Shown here: one piece after another, positions 32,801 through 45,368 of the stretch
Position numbering within the stretch: the stretch's first letter is position 1
Layout: each line of letters starts with the position of its first letter
DNA from: Euglena gracilis
Taxonomy: Eukaryota
Assembly (NCBI GenBank): GCA_039621445.1
Contig: CP154954.1
Coordinates: 49,331,847 to 49,395,846, forward strand
Direction: 5' to 3'
Length of the DNA: 64,000 nt
The notes under the pieces: model-generated
Seen by the model: only the letters and a program-made list of their open reading frames with translations
Told to the model about the DNA's origin: nothing
Database searches by the model: none
Program-made: the position numbers and the translations under genes

Positions 32801-35800
32801 AGACGTACCCCCCCCCCTTTGCCCACCAACCACCCCTGAATAACGACCACCCCCCGGTTGGGGGTTGCAGGTCAGGGGGTGCGTACGACCACCTCCCTGA
32901 TCGGGGGTTGTCGGTGGCTTTGGAAACTGGTTTGTTTTTGGCATCTAATCGTACGACCCCCTGGTCGGGGGTTGCAGGTTGGGGGGCGTGTACGCCCCCC
33001 CCCCCTGTTGGGGGAGTAACTTGGGTGGCTTGACTCGCACGTTGATTTTTGCACTGCTCCCAAGCGCAATGTTGCAATCTTTTTGAAACCCGGCGGTGAA
33101 ATCCACCCTTTTGCCCTTTGGTCCCACCGAGAACCTCTACAATGGCACGTTCATTTGGTGGTCTTTTTGGCCGGTGCACCATGTTGAAAAAAGTCCAAAA
33201 CCCCGGGTTTGAACTCTGGGGCACGTGATTTCTCCCAAAAAGGGCCGTTGTGATTCCCCCATTGTGATTCCCTTGTTTTGAAGCTTTGACTGTTTTCCCC
33301 AGATGGTGCTACGCAGGCTGGGTGAATTTTGGCCCTTTTTGTTGCTTTTTTTTTTAGGCTGTGCGATGTCCGTGTGGGGTTGCCTGCTGAGGCGCCCAGA
33401 GGGTGGACTCTGCACACACGTTGTGAAAAAGGTGGAAACCCGGTGTGCCAGGGAGTTGTGATCCCTGGGTGCTTGAAGCGCGAGGAGCGGTACACTGGGA
33501 ACCACCCAGGTAGAGGGGTTGGGGGGGTTGGATTGAGGGGAAGCACGTTCAAGCTCACCTATTGCGTATGTGCGCAATGGATAACTGTTGCGCATGTGCG
33601 CATGGTAAACGGAAGCCCCTGATCTTATGGGCCTCTCTCTGGCATGTTATGGTGTGTCAGGAGCAGCTTGTGCTTAGTCGGTGCCTCCCCCCACGGGGGG
33701 GTGCTAGGGGCAGGCATCCCATAGCACCCGATCCGACCCCCCCCCCGGGGGACGGTTTTGGAGGGTGCCTGCCCATAGCGGGCACCCCCTCCGACCCCGG
33801 CGCCGAACGCGCTGGGGGCCCGGAAAAGGCCTTTTTCAATGAAAATTTTGTGGGTCCCCCAGACCCTATCCCCCCCGGGGGGGGTGTGCCTGCTAGGGGC
33901 AGGCAACCCTATAGCACCCACCCCCCCCCATTGGTAAGCACAAGCATGGTCAGGAGACCCTCTCTGCACGGCCAGTGTTGGGCTTGGTGAGGAAATTCAT
34001 TTCGCCGATAGGAATGCACTCTTTATACATACACAAGCATGCCCATTGCGCAGATGCGCAATGAACATGTTAGCATATGAATTGTTATAACTGCCAAGTG
34101 CGCAATGATCACCCACATGTAGAATTAAAAAAGCCAACATCGCCGATGCGCAATGTGTTTTCATTTTTTTGCAATGAAAAGAATTGTTGTGCAACTGCAA
34201 CAATGGAGTCCCCTCGTTTCATTTCCTGGCGCTTTGGGTTCATGCACACTGGGCCTTGGCAGCCTGTGTCTTCAGACCATGGTGTGTTCCAAGTCGTTGT
34301 TTTCGCCCCAGTCCCGGGGGTGCAGGGTCACACCAATTCGGTGAAACCTGGGGCCTCGGTGTTTGAATACAGAATTTTTTGGGACATTGCACATCGGCGC
34401 AAGCTTACAGTCACTTTCACAGCTAAATGCGAGTTAGGCTGCCTAACTTGTAGGAACCCGGGGGGGGTAGGATGTATTGACACGCTGTCTTGGATGGGGG
34501 AGTAATGCATTTCCCTGCACTTTTATATCATCATCATTGGTCTTATATTTTAACTTTAACCCTTTTTGAGTAATAATTTTCATTTTCCTTTTTGGAGGTT
34601 GTTGTTTTCTGGAAACAGTTCCAAAATCATGCTGGGACAGCAAAAATTTTTGATTCATTCAATGTATTTGACTCCAGCTTATGACATTAAATGAATTTTG
34701 TTTCGAACTTGGCCTGGCTTGAGTCCGCCTTGAGCAGGGGCCTATTTATATTTAAGCAGCACATGATGGCAACCCTGGCCACCCACAAAATTTGGAGTGG
34801 CAGTAATCAATTCCCCCACTGTACGTGGTGTGTGTGTGTGTGTGTGTATAGATAGATAGGAAGATATGGATGTATTTGTGTGTTGGGGCCATATTTTTTT
34901 TCCATGGCAGGAAAAATCTGATATTGGAGATGTGGGTTGGTTACCAAAATGCCCTGATTGCAACAGTTGCGGAAGCAATATGCTCAGCTGGAAGAATTGT
35001 GGTCAAGGCGCACCCTTCTGCTTGCTGCATCTGATTTGTGGCCTCATTTAAAACAGTGCATTGCACAGGCCCATCAGTCCTGTTGCCGATCTCAAAAACG
35101 CGCTCTCAAAATTTGCTCAGCCAATTTTCATTTTTTTTTTCAGGATTTTGATGGGCAACCAGCAGTTCTGCGATTGGGAGGGGACAGGCTCTACGGGAAT
35201 CCCTGAAACCCCAAGGCGACCCCATGTTTCAGGCGAGCTGATTTTTAGGTCAAAAGTTTTCTTTGGCGCCGAAGGAATTTTCTTTTGCTCGGTTCTGCGG
35301 GGAGTCGCCCACCTCCCAAACCCCCAACCAGGCCTTCCCATTCCGCTGGAGGGGGGGGGCTTGTGCAAGCTCTTTTTCAGGAAGGTCGCACCCTCGGAGG
35401 GTGCTATGGGCAGGCAGGGGAGTACAACAGCATTTTTTTTAGGATTGGGACCCTGGGGGGATTGGGGGTGGCAAACAAAAAGAACCTGTGGCAAATGCAA
35501 AGAAAAAATTGTGTTGCAGAAAAGTGCTGTTAACACGGGGGGGGGGGTGTCAACGAAACGCCGCGCCAACAACAAGGCTGGGTAACCCCCCCCTCCCGGG
35601 AGAACCACTCAGCGGCTGGGTCATCGGGCTGAGTGGTTCTCTGGGGGGGTTACCCCTCCCCCTTGTTGTTGCCACGGGATGTCGTTGACACCCCCCCTGT
35701 GTCAACGGCACTTTTCTGCAACATATTTTTTTTGGTGAAATATGAGAGGTCCAATCATGGAGGCCATTTGCTGGTGCGGTCTGTTTTTTTTTTATGGGAT

Positions 35801-38800
35801 TGTGCCGTTGGCACGGCTATGTCGTTGACCCCCACCCCCGTTTCAATGGCACTTTCCTGGAACATTGGCGTGCCAACCAGGGAATTTCTTAAGCCAGCGG
35901 GCACCCTACCCCCCCGGGGGGGGGTCCAGCCAGCTGCTCATTTCCAGCCAGCAGCCCAAATTCGGGCTGGGAGCCCCCCCCCCCCCCGGAGGTCGCCTGA
36001 AATCGGGTCCAGCCCAGCCGGAGGCCGGGCCAGCTGGCCGCAGGCTTGGCCAGCCAACTGGGCTGCCCAGCTCACATATCCATGCATTTTTTCTCCTCAT
36101 CACAGTTTCCTACATCACAGGCCCCGAGCCTTGATCTAGCTCCATCCATCAAAATGTCGAAAATGGCAAATCTGTGTTAGAAAATTTTGGTTTTCATCGA
36201 CCCAGCCCAGCCCAGCCCAGCCCCCTCCAGCCCCGGACCCCCCCACCCCCCCCACCCCCCGGGGGGGGGGCCAGCCAGCTGCTCATTTCCAGCCAGCAGC
36301 CTTTTTGCCAGCCGGCGGCTGGACCCCCCGCCCCCCCCTGGGTGGGGGCTTTAAGAAATTCCCTGGTGCCAACGAAAGGGGAGGGGGCTCAACTTTCGGC
36401 GCAAAGCGTCGAAAACTTTTTTGGCCCCCAAAAGTTAACCCCCCCCCCCAAAAGTGGGGACGGGGGACCCTGGTGGGGGGCAAGGGGGCGTTCGATATTG
36501 ATTTGCCAGGTTCGATATCGATATCGTTCGATAATTGCTAGTTCGTTTTAGTTTCGATATTGATTGACCGTCGAATATTATTTTTTCGATATTCGTTATG
36601 ATTTGCCAGGTCCTACCCACTCATCTTCCCCTCGGCATGCTGCAACCCTGCAAGTCTCACCCCCACCACATTTTGCCTCCCCCTTGGGCTTGAATGTGCC
36701 ACTTCTGCCCCCCCCCCCCCAACGCCGGGCTGTGTCGTGGCGGCACCACACCGAGAAGGAGAAGTCGAAGCAGCAGCAGATGGAGCTGCAGGAGCGGGCG
36801 AAGCAGATCCAGACGCTGCGGGAGGAGGTGGAGGCGCTGAAGGCCCAACTGGAGGCCAGGGCGCGGGCGGGGGTTGCAGGTGTGTTCGGCGCGAGGGGCC
36901 GAATTGTTTTCCAACCCGCCTCCCCCAAGCAACCTCGAAAATTGAACCTGCAAAGGTTCAAAATTGCAATGAGTCCAAAATTAATTATCATCAAAATCCA
37001 CATCAAATCATGATGAAAATTCGACGGAGGCGGGAAAAAAAACATTTTTTTGGCCAACTTTCGGCTGCGCGTTTCACGTCGTGCAACCGACAAGAGGAGT
37101 TCAAGTCACAGGAGTTCAAGTCGCAGGTCAGGGGTCCAGGGCGAGAAAAAGACTGACCCCCACCGCAGGAATTGGTTCCCCTTGCAACGATCAAACTTTG
37201 GCAGCCTCCCACTATCCGGCCCGTGGGTCGTTAAGTACTTCCAGGGGGGGGGGATGGTGAAACCCGGGTCCGACTGTCGGGAAAATTCGGGGTTATTTTT
37301 TGGAATAGGGTTAGGTGCACGACCGGATTCCCGGAGGATTCCCCTGTTGGGGACTTTAGGGAAAAGTTCAGCCAGATTGCGGACGAATTTTGGGGGAATT
37401 TGGGTCGATTTTGGGCAATTTTGGCGGAAACATGTGATTCCAAAATCCTTCCCAGAACGGAACCGGCCGAACTTGGTCCCCAAAAAGTCCCAATTTTGGG
37501 CGCGCCAATCCTCACCCTAACGCTATTCCCAACATTAAGGGGGAACCCTCCCCGGGTCCGCCACCGGTGACCCGGAATCCGCGCGGTTTTCCGGCGCCGC
37601 GGGACCGAAAAGTCGAAAAGCGGGCCCGGGTCCCACCATCTGCCCCCCCCCCCTGGAAGTATTTAACGACCCGCGGGCCGGATAGTGGGAGGCTGCCCTC
37701 ACTTTATCTGGCACACACACTGGGTGCCACTTTACAGCTACCCGCTGGGCCAACTTTGCATTGTGGAAAACCCCACAACTGACCCCCTCAAGCAGGCCTG
37801 CTGACCTAAGTCTGGCAGGCTTGGTGGCCACAAACACAGCTACCCCCCCCCCCCATGCCAATGAACTCCCTTGCCCAATGAACAGGGGGATATCGGGACC
37901 GTCCAGCTTGTCACTTTTTACAGCAGTTCAAATGCCCGCGCAGCCTATGCCCCATGGACAGCTCGCCTGCACCGTGGAGATTGTCATTTTAGCGTTCATT
38001 GGGCTTGCGGGGCGGCACGCAGTGCAGGATGAAGGCACAGCCAGAGAAGCCAAATGCTGGGGAATGGTTCCTGGAAAGGGAGCATCCAGATCGAAAGATG
38101 AAAGATCAACGGCTCATGTCCACATGACCCCCACATGTGTGGGGCCCCTCCAACTTGTCCTATGTAATGTCTAATTTCACTAAAAATTTTTTTGGGGGGT
38201 TGCATCCCAGAAAATACCACGACCCCCCCTCAAATGACCCCCCCCCCTAAGTGGTCCTCCGGGGTCCGGTTGGAACATGAACATTTTTTTCAAAATCAAA
38301 ATGGGCATAAAACACTCATTTTGTTTGAAAATTTTCCGAAAAAAATTTTGATCTGATGGAAAAAATGGTGGGTTGCCTGTACTCGAGCTAAGTTGTGTCC
38401 TCATTGAGCGGATTTCTGCCGGGGCCGTACTGGCGGTGGGGCGGGGCTGGGGAGGGCGTCCCCCCCCCCCCGGCGCAGCGCCCTGCGGCTGGGCCGGCCC
38501 GCCCGGCCGCTGGAGAAGGGGGCCCCGCTGTTTGTGGGCCGCGCCAAGCTCAGCCTCCGCAACATCATCCAGCAGGTGAGCAGCTACAACACGCTGCCCC
38601 TCATGCCGAGGGCCGGGCCTGGCCAGGCCGGGCATCCATGCCACACCACAGCCCGACCCCCCCCCCCCCTGAGAGGCCCGGCCCTCCCGGCCAACGGACA
38701 ACCTGGAGAACGACGGGGCGGCGCTGATGGTGAACACGTTCCCGGTGGTGGACAAGGAGCGTGGGCACATCGAGTACGAGACAGTGGAGGAGGGGCTCGC

Positions 38801-38885
38801 CGCGCTGCTGGGGAAGCGGCTGGTCCAGGCGGCAGGCGGTGGAGTTTCCGTGACGCTGGGTGGGTGGGTGCTTGTGGGTGGGTGG

Positions 38886-38932
<47 letters not shown>

Positions 38933-40412
38933 CGTTACACGTTGTGTGTTGTGTGCGTGCATGCATGTGTTGCGTTTGTGTGCGCGCGCGTGACAATAAC
39001 CTGGGGTTCACACCCAAATGCACAATACACACACACAATCAGGCTGTATTTTAGTCGGGTGCCGACCCCACCCAGGGGGGGGGGGGTAGGGCACTCGGCC
39101 AAAAGTGCCCAGCAGGCATTCCGGCACCGAAGGCTCAAAGAAGGCCTAAACCCGCCCCCCCCCCCCCAATAGAAGCGCGGGGCCGCTTCAAGTGCAGGGT
39201 CCAAATAAAAGCGCACCCCCAGCTTCGAAGGCGGCGGTCCACTACAAGCGCACCCCCCATTTTGATGAGATTTTTAAAGGAAATAAACAAAAATCGGGCA
39301 GGAAGGGTCCAAATAGAAGCGCACCCCCCGCCGCCAGAGTCGGCAGTCCGCTACCGGTGGGGGGGGGGAATTGGATGCCGAAAAAATTGATTGGGAAAAA
39401 ATTGGCGTACAGAAATCCTGCGAAATTTTTCCGGCCCTTTTTTTGAAAATCCTGCCTCAAAATTTTCAAAATCGCCCCTTTTTCCAGTCATCTTGCAAAA
39501 AAAAACCTGCCAATTTTTTCCGGGCCATTTTCAGGGTTGGCACCAATTTTTTCGGCTTCCAATTTTGTCGATTCTAATCTAGCTTCAATCCCCCCCCCCG
39601 GTATAAGCGCACCTGCGCTTCCATTGGGGAGGGGGGGTTTATTTTCTAGGAAAATGGCCTATTCTCTGAGGAAAGTTCCTGGGCACAGGCCGAAATCCGA
39701 CCTCCCCCCCCAGGGGGAGGGTAGTGCCTGCCTGGGTAGGCACTCAAGGGCACTCCGGAACCCCCTGGGGTTGGTAAAAAAAAACAGAATACACACAACA
39801 CTCATACACACACAACAGACACAACCATACCATTCATTGCTCCACACCTGTCCCACCCCACCCCTGGGGGGGTGACTGACTGATTTTTCAGAGTGACTGA
39901 CTGGTTTTCTGGCCAAGAACCCCCCCCCCCCCGGGTGGGGGTGTGGGGTAGGCCCGAAAATAAAACAGTGGCCGGCCTGGTGCCAAAGGCGCGGAAATTT
40001 TTTGGATTTTTTGAGACTTTTTGGCAAATGTTCATTGCCTCTTCCTCATTATTCAAGAGTGGCCGATCCCCCCAGGGGAGGTAAAGTGACTGACTGGTTG
40101 TTGTTTTTTTTGAAAAAATGACTGACTGGTTTTTTCAGAGTGGAAAGTGACCCCCCCCCCCGGGGTCGTTAAGCAATGGTATGAACACAACACACACACA
40201 CACAACGCACAACTCACACAACACACAACACACATACACACAACACACATACACACACAACGCACAACACACAACACACAAGACGCACGCACACACACAA
40301 CACACAACACACACGCAAAAACACATATGATGCACAACACACACGCATCTCACATACACGCACACTCACACAATACACGCAAAACACGCACACAACACAG
40401 AAACACAAACAC

Positions 40413-40457
<45 letters not shown>

Positions 40458-42320
40458 GCACAACCCACCACCCACAGCCACACCCACCCACTCCCCCACC
40501 CACCCACCCCTGGGCGGGTGCGCCCCCCCCCCTGCCACCAACTGTTCAAGAAAAGAAACCTCTGGTGGGAAGCGTTTTGATTCCACGCCTGCAACCTCCT
40601 TGTAAACGGCTGGTCGGCGGGAGAATGAGATTTCTTTTTTATTTCTGGTGCAAAGTGTTGACATTGTCCTCTGGTCCTAAACCCATCCCTGCGTCCACGA
40701 CAGTTGCCGCGGCATGTGCCGCAGCCTGCCCCCTGCCCGGGACCTGGTGGTCCATGTGATCTCCGCCAAGAACCTGCCACAGCAGTACAGCTCCCGGGTG
40801 TACTGCAAGTACGTCTTCAAGTACAAGGAGCGGCAGGTGTTTCAGAGCGACATCAAACAGGACACATGTGGCTGGACAAATGCCTTTGTGGCGCCGCAGG
40901 CCGGAAAAGCTGGATTCACAGGTGTTGGATACAAGAAGGGTGTCATGGCGTTAGGATGGGGGCTGTCCCCCATCCTTTTTGGCATTGTGCAACAGAATTT
41001 TTTACGTTTCGGCCGCTTTTGGGCAACCATTTCTGGGGTGATTCTCACCACACAAACTGGGCCAGAAGCGAAAGTTAGCGCCGGCTATAAACAGACAAGA
41101 AGCCTTAGTCCAACTGCCCCCCCCCCCCCATGTCCAACGACCCCCCTATGTCCAACGACCACCCCCCCGGTCAGAGGACACCTTTTCGGAGGTTTGATGT
41201 TTTTTTTGTGGGTGTGTGAAAACCAGAGGTTTGCCAGCCCTGAAAGGCTTTTCTTCCGCCCTTGTCAAGGATGTCAGTTTTGGGTGCTATTTGAGTAAAT
41301 GTTTGTTGACAGGGCTGGAAATGGAGGCGCGAAGCGCCAGAAGGAAAATTTTGACCTGTTTGGGGAGGTTTCGGAAAACTTTTTTTTCCCGACCCCGTGT
41401 CCAACGACCACCCCCCCGGTCAGAGGACACCTTTTTGGTCAGTACCCTATGTCCAACGACCGCCCCCCCCCGGTCAGAGGACAGAGGTTACCGGTCATTG
41501 GACATTGGGGGGGGAGGGTAGGGGTGGTGGGTGATTCGAGAGTGGGTGGGTGGGTTGCGACCGCTGGACCCCCCCCCCCGGGTTGGGCTGCGCCATGGTC
41601 AGATTTTGGCGCTTTGGGTGGATGGGCGATGGTCCAAGGATGCTAGAAATCACTTTTTCCCCCGAAGTTGACCCGTTTTGGGGGGGGGTCAAAGTATGAC
41701 CAATTTTTTCGTCCATTTTTTGTGTGAATTTTTCATTAAATGTGCTGGGACGGGAGTTTTTTTCCCCGTTAAGGACCGTCCTGCAGCCAGCGAATTTGTC
41801 CAACCTTTTTTTTGCATTTCTGTCCCTCAAAATGGAAGGGGTGGAATGAGTTTCACATTTTGGTTTCGCATTTTTTGCGCATTTTTCCATTTTTTGCCGC
41901 ATTTTTTTTTGTTTTCTGGCGCATCTTTCGTATTTCACTCAATTTTTCGCATTTTTGACTGTTTTTTTTTGAAAAAAATTTGAATTGTTTTGTCACATTT
42001 TTCTTACAATTCCATATTTTTCTTGTAAATTTGGTGCCATGTTGCATGTTTTTGGGTACTTTTTTGTGTTTTATTTGCGGGTTTCCTCTCAGATCAACAC
42101 ATTTTGCACATTTTTTTCTGTGGCCGGGCTAGCGCACCCCCCCCCCCTCAAGATGTGGTTGTGGCATTTGTCCGGGGCTGACCCCGAGTTCGATTTCAAA
42201 AAACGGTTCGCGTGGAGCGATCTGACATCGGAGCAAGCTGACTACCTGATGAGCGACAATGTCCTGACGTTCGAGGTCATTGGCCATCCCGCCGGAGACA
42301 GCAGCACTGTGGTGGAGTGA
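20129..42320 (+). CDS. Multi-exon N-terminal kinesin motor protein, kinesin-3-like, with short coiled coil and C2-like C-terminal domain; start exon not located
   Basis: Inferred exons: 20129-20167 [10 protein letters not shown]; 21641-~21693; ~22791-22822; 22856-22965 [12 protein letters not shown]; 23738-23773 [10 protein letters not shown]; 28204-28293 GLIPRF; 28428-~28510 [13 protein letters not shown]; 29288-29458 [11 protein letters not shown]; 30033-30183 VDLAGSER...INLSLLTL; 31936-31976 GRAL; 32419-32538 [23 protein letters not shown]; 32654-32727 YASSAKNI; 34962-35000; 36745-~36858; ~37089-37126; ~38510-38604; 38690-38822; 40741-40869; 42180-42320 (TGA). One or more small exons are probably unresolved. 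Confidence 0.92.
20412..21035. mobile_element. MITE, CAGGGCAGAA family (partial copies at about 14421 and 46686)
   Basis: TIR cagggcagaacgg / ccgttctgccctg; degraded 8-bp flanks gggacccc/ttaacccc. Confidence 0.8.
22966..23737 (+). other. Nonconventional intron splitting the kinesin P-loop (GQT|GSGKT)
   Basis: aatCAAggctgttcc ... ggaatggccCTGcccac; 9-bp stem with G-U pairs; in-frame join. Confidence 0.9.
24150..25329. mobile_element. TIR element with ggtcgg(g/c)ccgacc subterminal repeats
   Basis: gaataatggccatgctacttctggaggtcg vs cgacctccagaactagcatggccaatattc. Confidence 0.8.
24459..24498. repeat. Interstitial telomere-like (CCCTAA/CCCTGA)n
   Basis: Six hexamers visible; degenerate similar tract at 53851-53900. 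Confidence 0.85.
29459..30032 (+). other. Nonconventional intron (kinesin)
   Basis: actCAGggaacgttgccc ... gggcagcagtccCTGgggac; in-frame join AQ|THD. Confidence 0.88.
29651..29820. repeat. Compound microsatellite (AACC)n(AAAC)n(CA)n(CACAC)n
   Basis: Directly visible. Confidence 0.97.
30184..31935 (+). other. Nonconventional intron (kinesin, LLTL|GRAL)
   Basis: agcCAAgctgttc ... ggacagcCTGccttg. Confidence 0.88.
31154..31678. mobile_element. hAT-like MITE in kinesin intron
   Basis: TIR cagggttgtatgggaa / ttcccaaacaaccctg; perfect 8-bp TSD actggccc at 31146-31153 and 31679-31686. Confidence 0.92.
32728..34961 (+). other. Nonconventional intron (kinesin neck)
   Basis: agcCAGgctgttttg ... 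caaaatgccCTGattgc; join ELQ|QLRKQ. Confidence 0.8.
33695..33930. mobile_element. Dispersed repeat (gctaggggcaggca..atagcaccc family); copies at about 43510-43755 and inverted at about 26110-26295
   Basis: Alignable ends and interior ttttcaatgaaaa. Confidence 0.75.
35512..35723. mobile_element. Small MITE with about 45-bp TIRs
   Basis: tgttgcagaaaagtgctgttaacac..gtgtcaacga vs tcgttgacac..gtgtcaacggcacttttctgcaaca. Confidence 0.85.
35878..36365. mobile_element. hAT-like MITE
   Basis: TIR cagggaatttcttaa / ttaagaaattccctg; perfect 8-bp TSD gtgccaac at 35870-35877 and 36366-36373. Confidence 0.95.
37200..37697. mobile_element. MITE with about 50-bp TIRs
   Basis: ggcagcctcccactatccggccc(g)tgggtcgttaagtacttccagggg vs near-perfect reverse complement. 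Confidence 0.9.
38823..40740 (+). other. Intermediate-type intron (GT start, nonconventional end)
   Basis: gtcCAGgcggcaggc ... gcctgccccCTGcccgg; join GKRL|DLVVHV. Confidence 0.85.
40185..40460. repeat. Degenerate (CA)-rich microsatellite
   Basis: Directly visible; a (TG)n tract also lies at 38890-38930. Confidence 0.9.
40870..42179 (+). other. Nonconventional intron without CAG/CTG
   Basis: ggctggacaaatgcc ... ggcatttgtccggggct; perfect 11-bp stem in the usual register; join QDTC|DPEF. Confidence 0.8.
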
Positions 42321-45300
42321 GGGGCTGACCGCTGTTTGCACTCTGCCTCCCGACGGCCACAGCACCCTCTCCCATCGAACGTTCCGCGCCAGGGGCTGTT
42401 GTGGGCCTGGTTCGGATTCAAACCGTCTCCCCGAGCACATCGCCCTCCCTGAAGTCTTGACCTGTTCTCCTTCCTGTTCGGAGACAGCTTCCATGTGAGG
42501 AAAGGAATTGAAGTCCACAGATGAGAAAACGAATGCAATGGCAGATGAGACATTTCCTACGAGAAAATGGTGGTGGGTTTTCTGTGGGGTCGGGGTTGAG
42601 TTGAAGACAAGCGGATTTGCCAACAATGTTTGGGGCCCCCGGGGCCCCGGCTCACCTCAAACCCAGAAGCGTGTTGTGGGCACCCCAGCGGCAAGCGCGC
42701 CAGGAGGCGGGAAAAAAACCCAACCATTTTTGTCTCAGCCCCGGGCCCACGGACTTGTGTTTTGACCGCACCCGATGGGTCTTCCACACCTCCTTCCCCC
42801 AGGCTTGGTCAGCTTCAACCATGCCTTCTTAAACGCAACTGAAAAAATCCAGATTTTATTTTGTCTGTGTGTGTTTTTTTTTCTTTGAAAAGTGAATAAA
42901 TGGAAAGGTTGGGGAGAGGGAACATCATTTTCCTGTCCCATGCACATCCGGAGGCAACACATTGGGTTCTGGATCAAACCAAAAAGGAACTGATTGAGGC
43001 TGAGGTGAACACAGGATTTTTTGTGTCTACACGTTGTGCATGGAGCTGCGTCTCTTCAATGGTGGTTCCTCCGAATGAATGCAGTCAACAACCTAGCTGT
43101 CCGCCACCACCCAACATGGTGCGTTGGCCGGACCGGTTGCACGGTTCGCCACCTGCCTCCCCATCGTAACGTCGTCGGCCATACCCTCCTTCAATGGAGC
43201 AGAAGTCGATTTCATGTGATTCCCTCTGTAGACTTAACACTTGATTTCCACTCCTGTGGTGACTCCTGTCTTGTTGCAGTTCTTTGAAAATTGCGAAATG
43301 CCTTTTTTTTTGCCCCAGTGGAGATTTCTTTTGGAAAAAGTGTCAGAGAGCGTTTCTGCGGGCTTGAAGGAGGGGTTTTTGGTGGCCAGATGCTCTTTTT
43401 TGAAGAACATTGTTTGGCATTTTTTGTGCAATTTCAGCTTCCACACAACTCAAGTGCCACTGGGGTCCAGCCCAGGCTTGTGCTGAGTCAGATACCTACC
43501 AAACGGGGGGGGGTGTGCTAGGGGCAGGCACCCCATAGCACCCGATCCGACCCCCCCCCCCCCCGCCGGGGGGACCGGGGGACCCCTGGGGGGGGGTTAG
43601 GGTTTTGGGGGGTGCCTGCCCCTAGCAGGCACCCCCCTCCAACCCCGGCAAGGCCATTTTCAATGAAAAATTTTTGGGTCCCCCCGGACCCCCTCCCCAG
43701 CGGGGTGTGCCTGCTAGGGGCAGGCACCCTATAGCACCCACCCCTATAGCACCTCCCCTCCGGAGAGGGGGCGTCCGGAGACCACCCCCTCTGGAACCAA
43801 AGGTGTTAATTTCCCTGGCGCTTTGCGCCGGAAATCTTATGTTTTTTTTATCTGTTCATTTTATGCCTTACCCCCCCCCCCAGGGTTAAAGGTTTTTCTG
43901 CGTGTACTTTGTCAACCCACCCACCCACCCACCCCCCCAGCCAAAGTCGACCGAATTCATTGGAAAAAATTTCCGGCCCGGCCTTCGATGAGGCAAAAGA
44001 CTGTCCCATGGCGCACCCCACCGCCCTGGGGTTGCAGACCCAACCCACCCACCAACTCTCGAAACCCCCCCTGGGTATCCCACAGGTGTCTATGTATCTA
44101 TCCCCCCCCGGAAGGATGCCGTCGATCCCCCTGCCAGGGGCTTCAAAAACTGACTCAAAATCGCATTTTCAGACCATCCAGACCATAGCTTCACTTCGTG
44201 GCCTCTGGGTGGCACTTTTTCCTGGGCCCGGAAAACCCACCCACCCACCCACGACCAGGGTGTGACGTAGAGCTGAGATCTTTGGGAGACCACCCCGGCC
44301 CGGCCCGGCCTGCCAGCGGCCCAGCGGCGCGGCCCAGCCCAGCCCGGCCGGCGGCCCAGCCCGGCCAGCGGCCGGCGCTCGTTTTCAGTTCAAAAAACAC
44401 TTTTTTTTAGGTCCGGGAGGTCCAAAAACATCGTTTTGGGCAAAAAAAAATTTTCGATGTTTTTCGACTTTTTTTTACCCGAAAATGACCCAAAATCCAT
44501 TGGTTTCAGGGCAAAAACGGGGGTCCGGGGATCAAAAAACGGTCATTTTTCGGCCGAAAAATACATTTTTCGGGTCCGGGAGGTCAAAAAACATGGTTTT
44601 GGGCAAAAGGTCGGGCCTCCCACCCAGGGGGGGCATGGGGGGGGGTCTGGGTCGGAATTTTTTTTTTCGCTCAAAAACACTTTTTTTGATGTTCAAAGTG
44701 TTTTGAGCGAAAAAATTTTTTCAAAATTTTGGGTCCCGACCTGCCTCCCGACCCGACCCCCCCTCCCCTCGCCCAGCCGCCCTCACACCCCTAAAGGGGT
44801 CCCTGAATACCCAAAAATGGCCCAAAATCGCACAACCAGGCCCCGGGAACCTCAAAAAACGGTTAACCCCCCCCCCCTAAACCTCATGATTGACCCCCTG
44901 GTTTGGGTCCCAACTCCCCGTCTAGCCCGAGATACGGCCAAATTACGGTTTCGGGCCCCGAACAGGCCCGAAATGGCCAAAACTGGCAAAACTGGCCCAA
45001 AACCACAAAACGGCCGTATCTTGGGCTGGGCGAGGAGTTGGCCCAAACCGCGCATACCGATCGATCGGGCGTCCCAAAGTTGTGGAAGGAGGTCCTCTTA
45101 CTTTTTCTCAACTCCGCAGCGTTTTCAAGATATTTTGAATTTTTCGATTTTTTGACCCCAAAATGACCCTGCAATTTCCCCGGAAAAAAAAAACGGTTTT
45201 TTTTTGCTCGGGCCATATCTCCGGACCGGCGGGGAGTTGCGGGTAACCTAAAGGCTCCGGAGATACTAGGGATCGTCCCCTAACCTGTGGGCTATTCACT

Positions 45301-45368
45301 TTGGGGGCCACAAAATCCAGTCACATCGATAATTCCGGGGTTTCCGGACCTACCCAGGGGCGGGGGGG

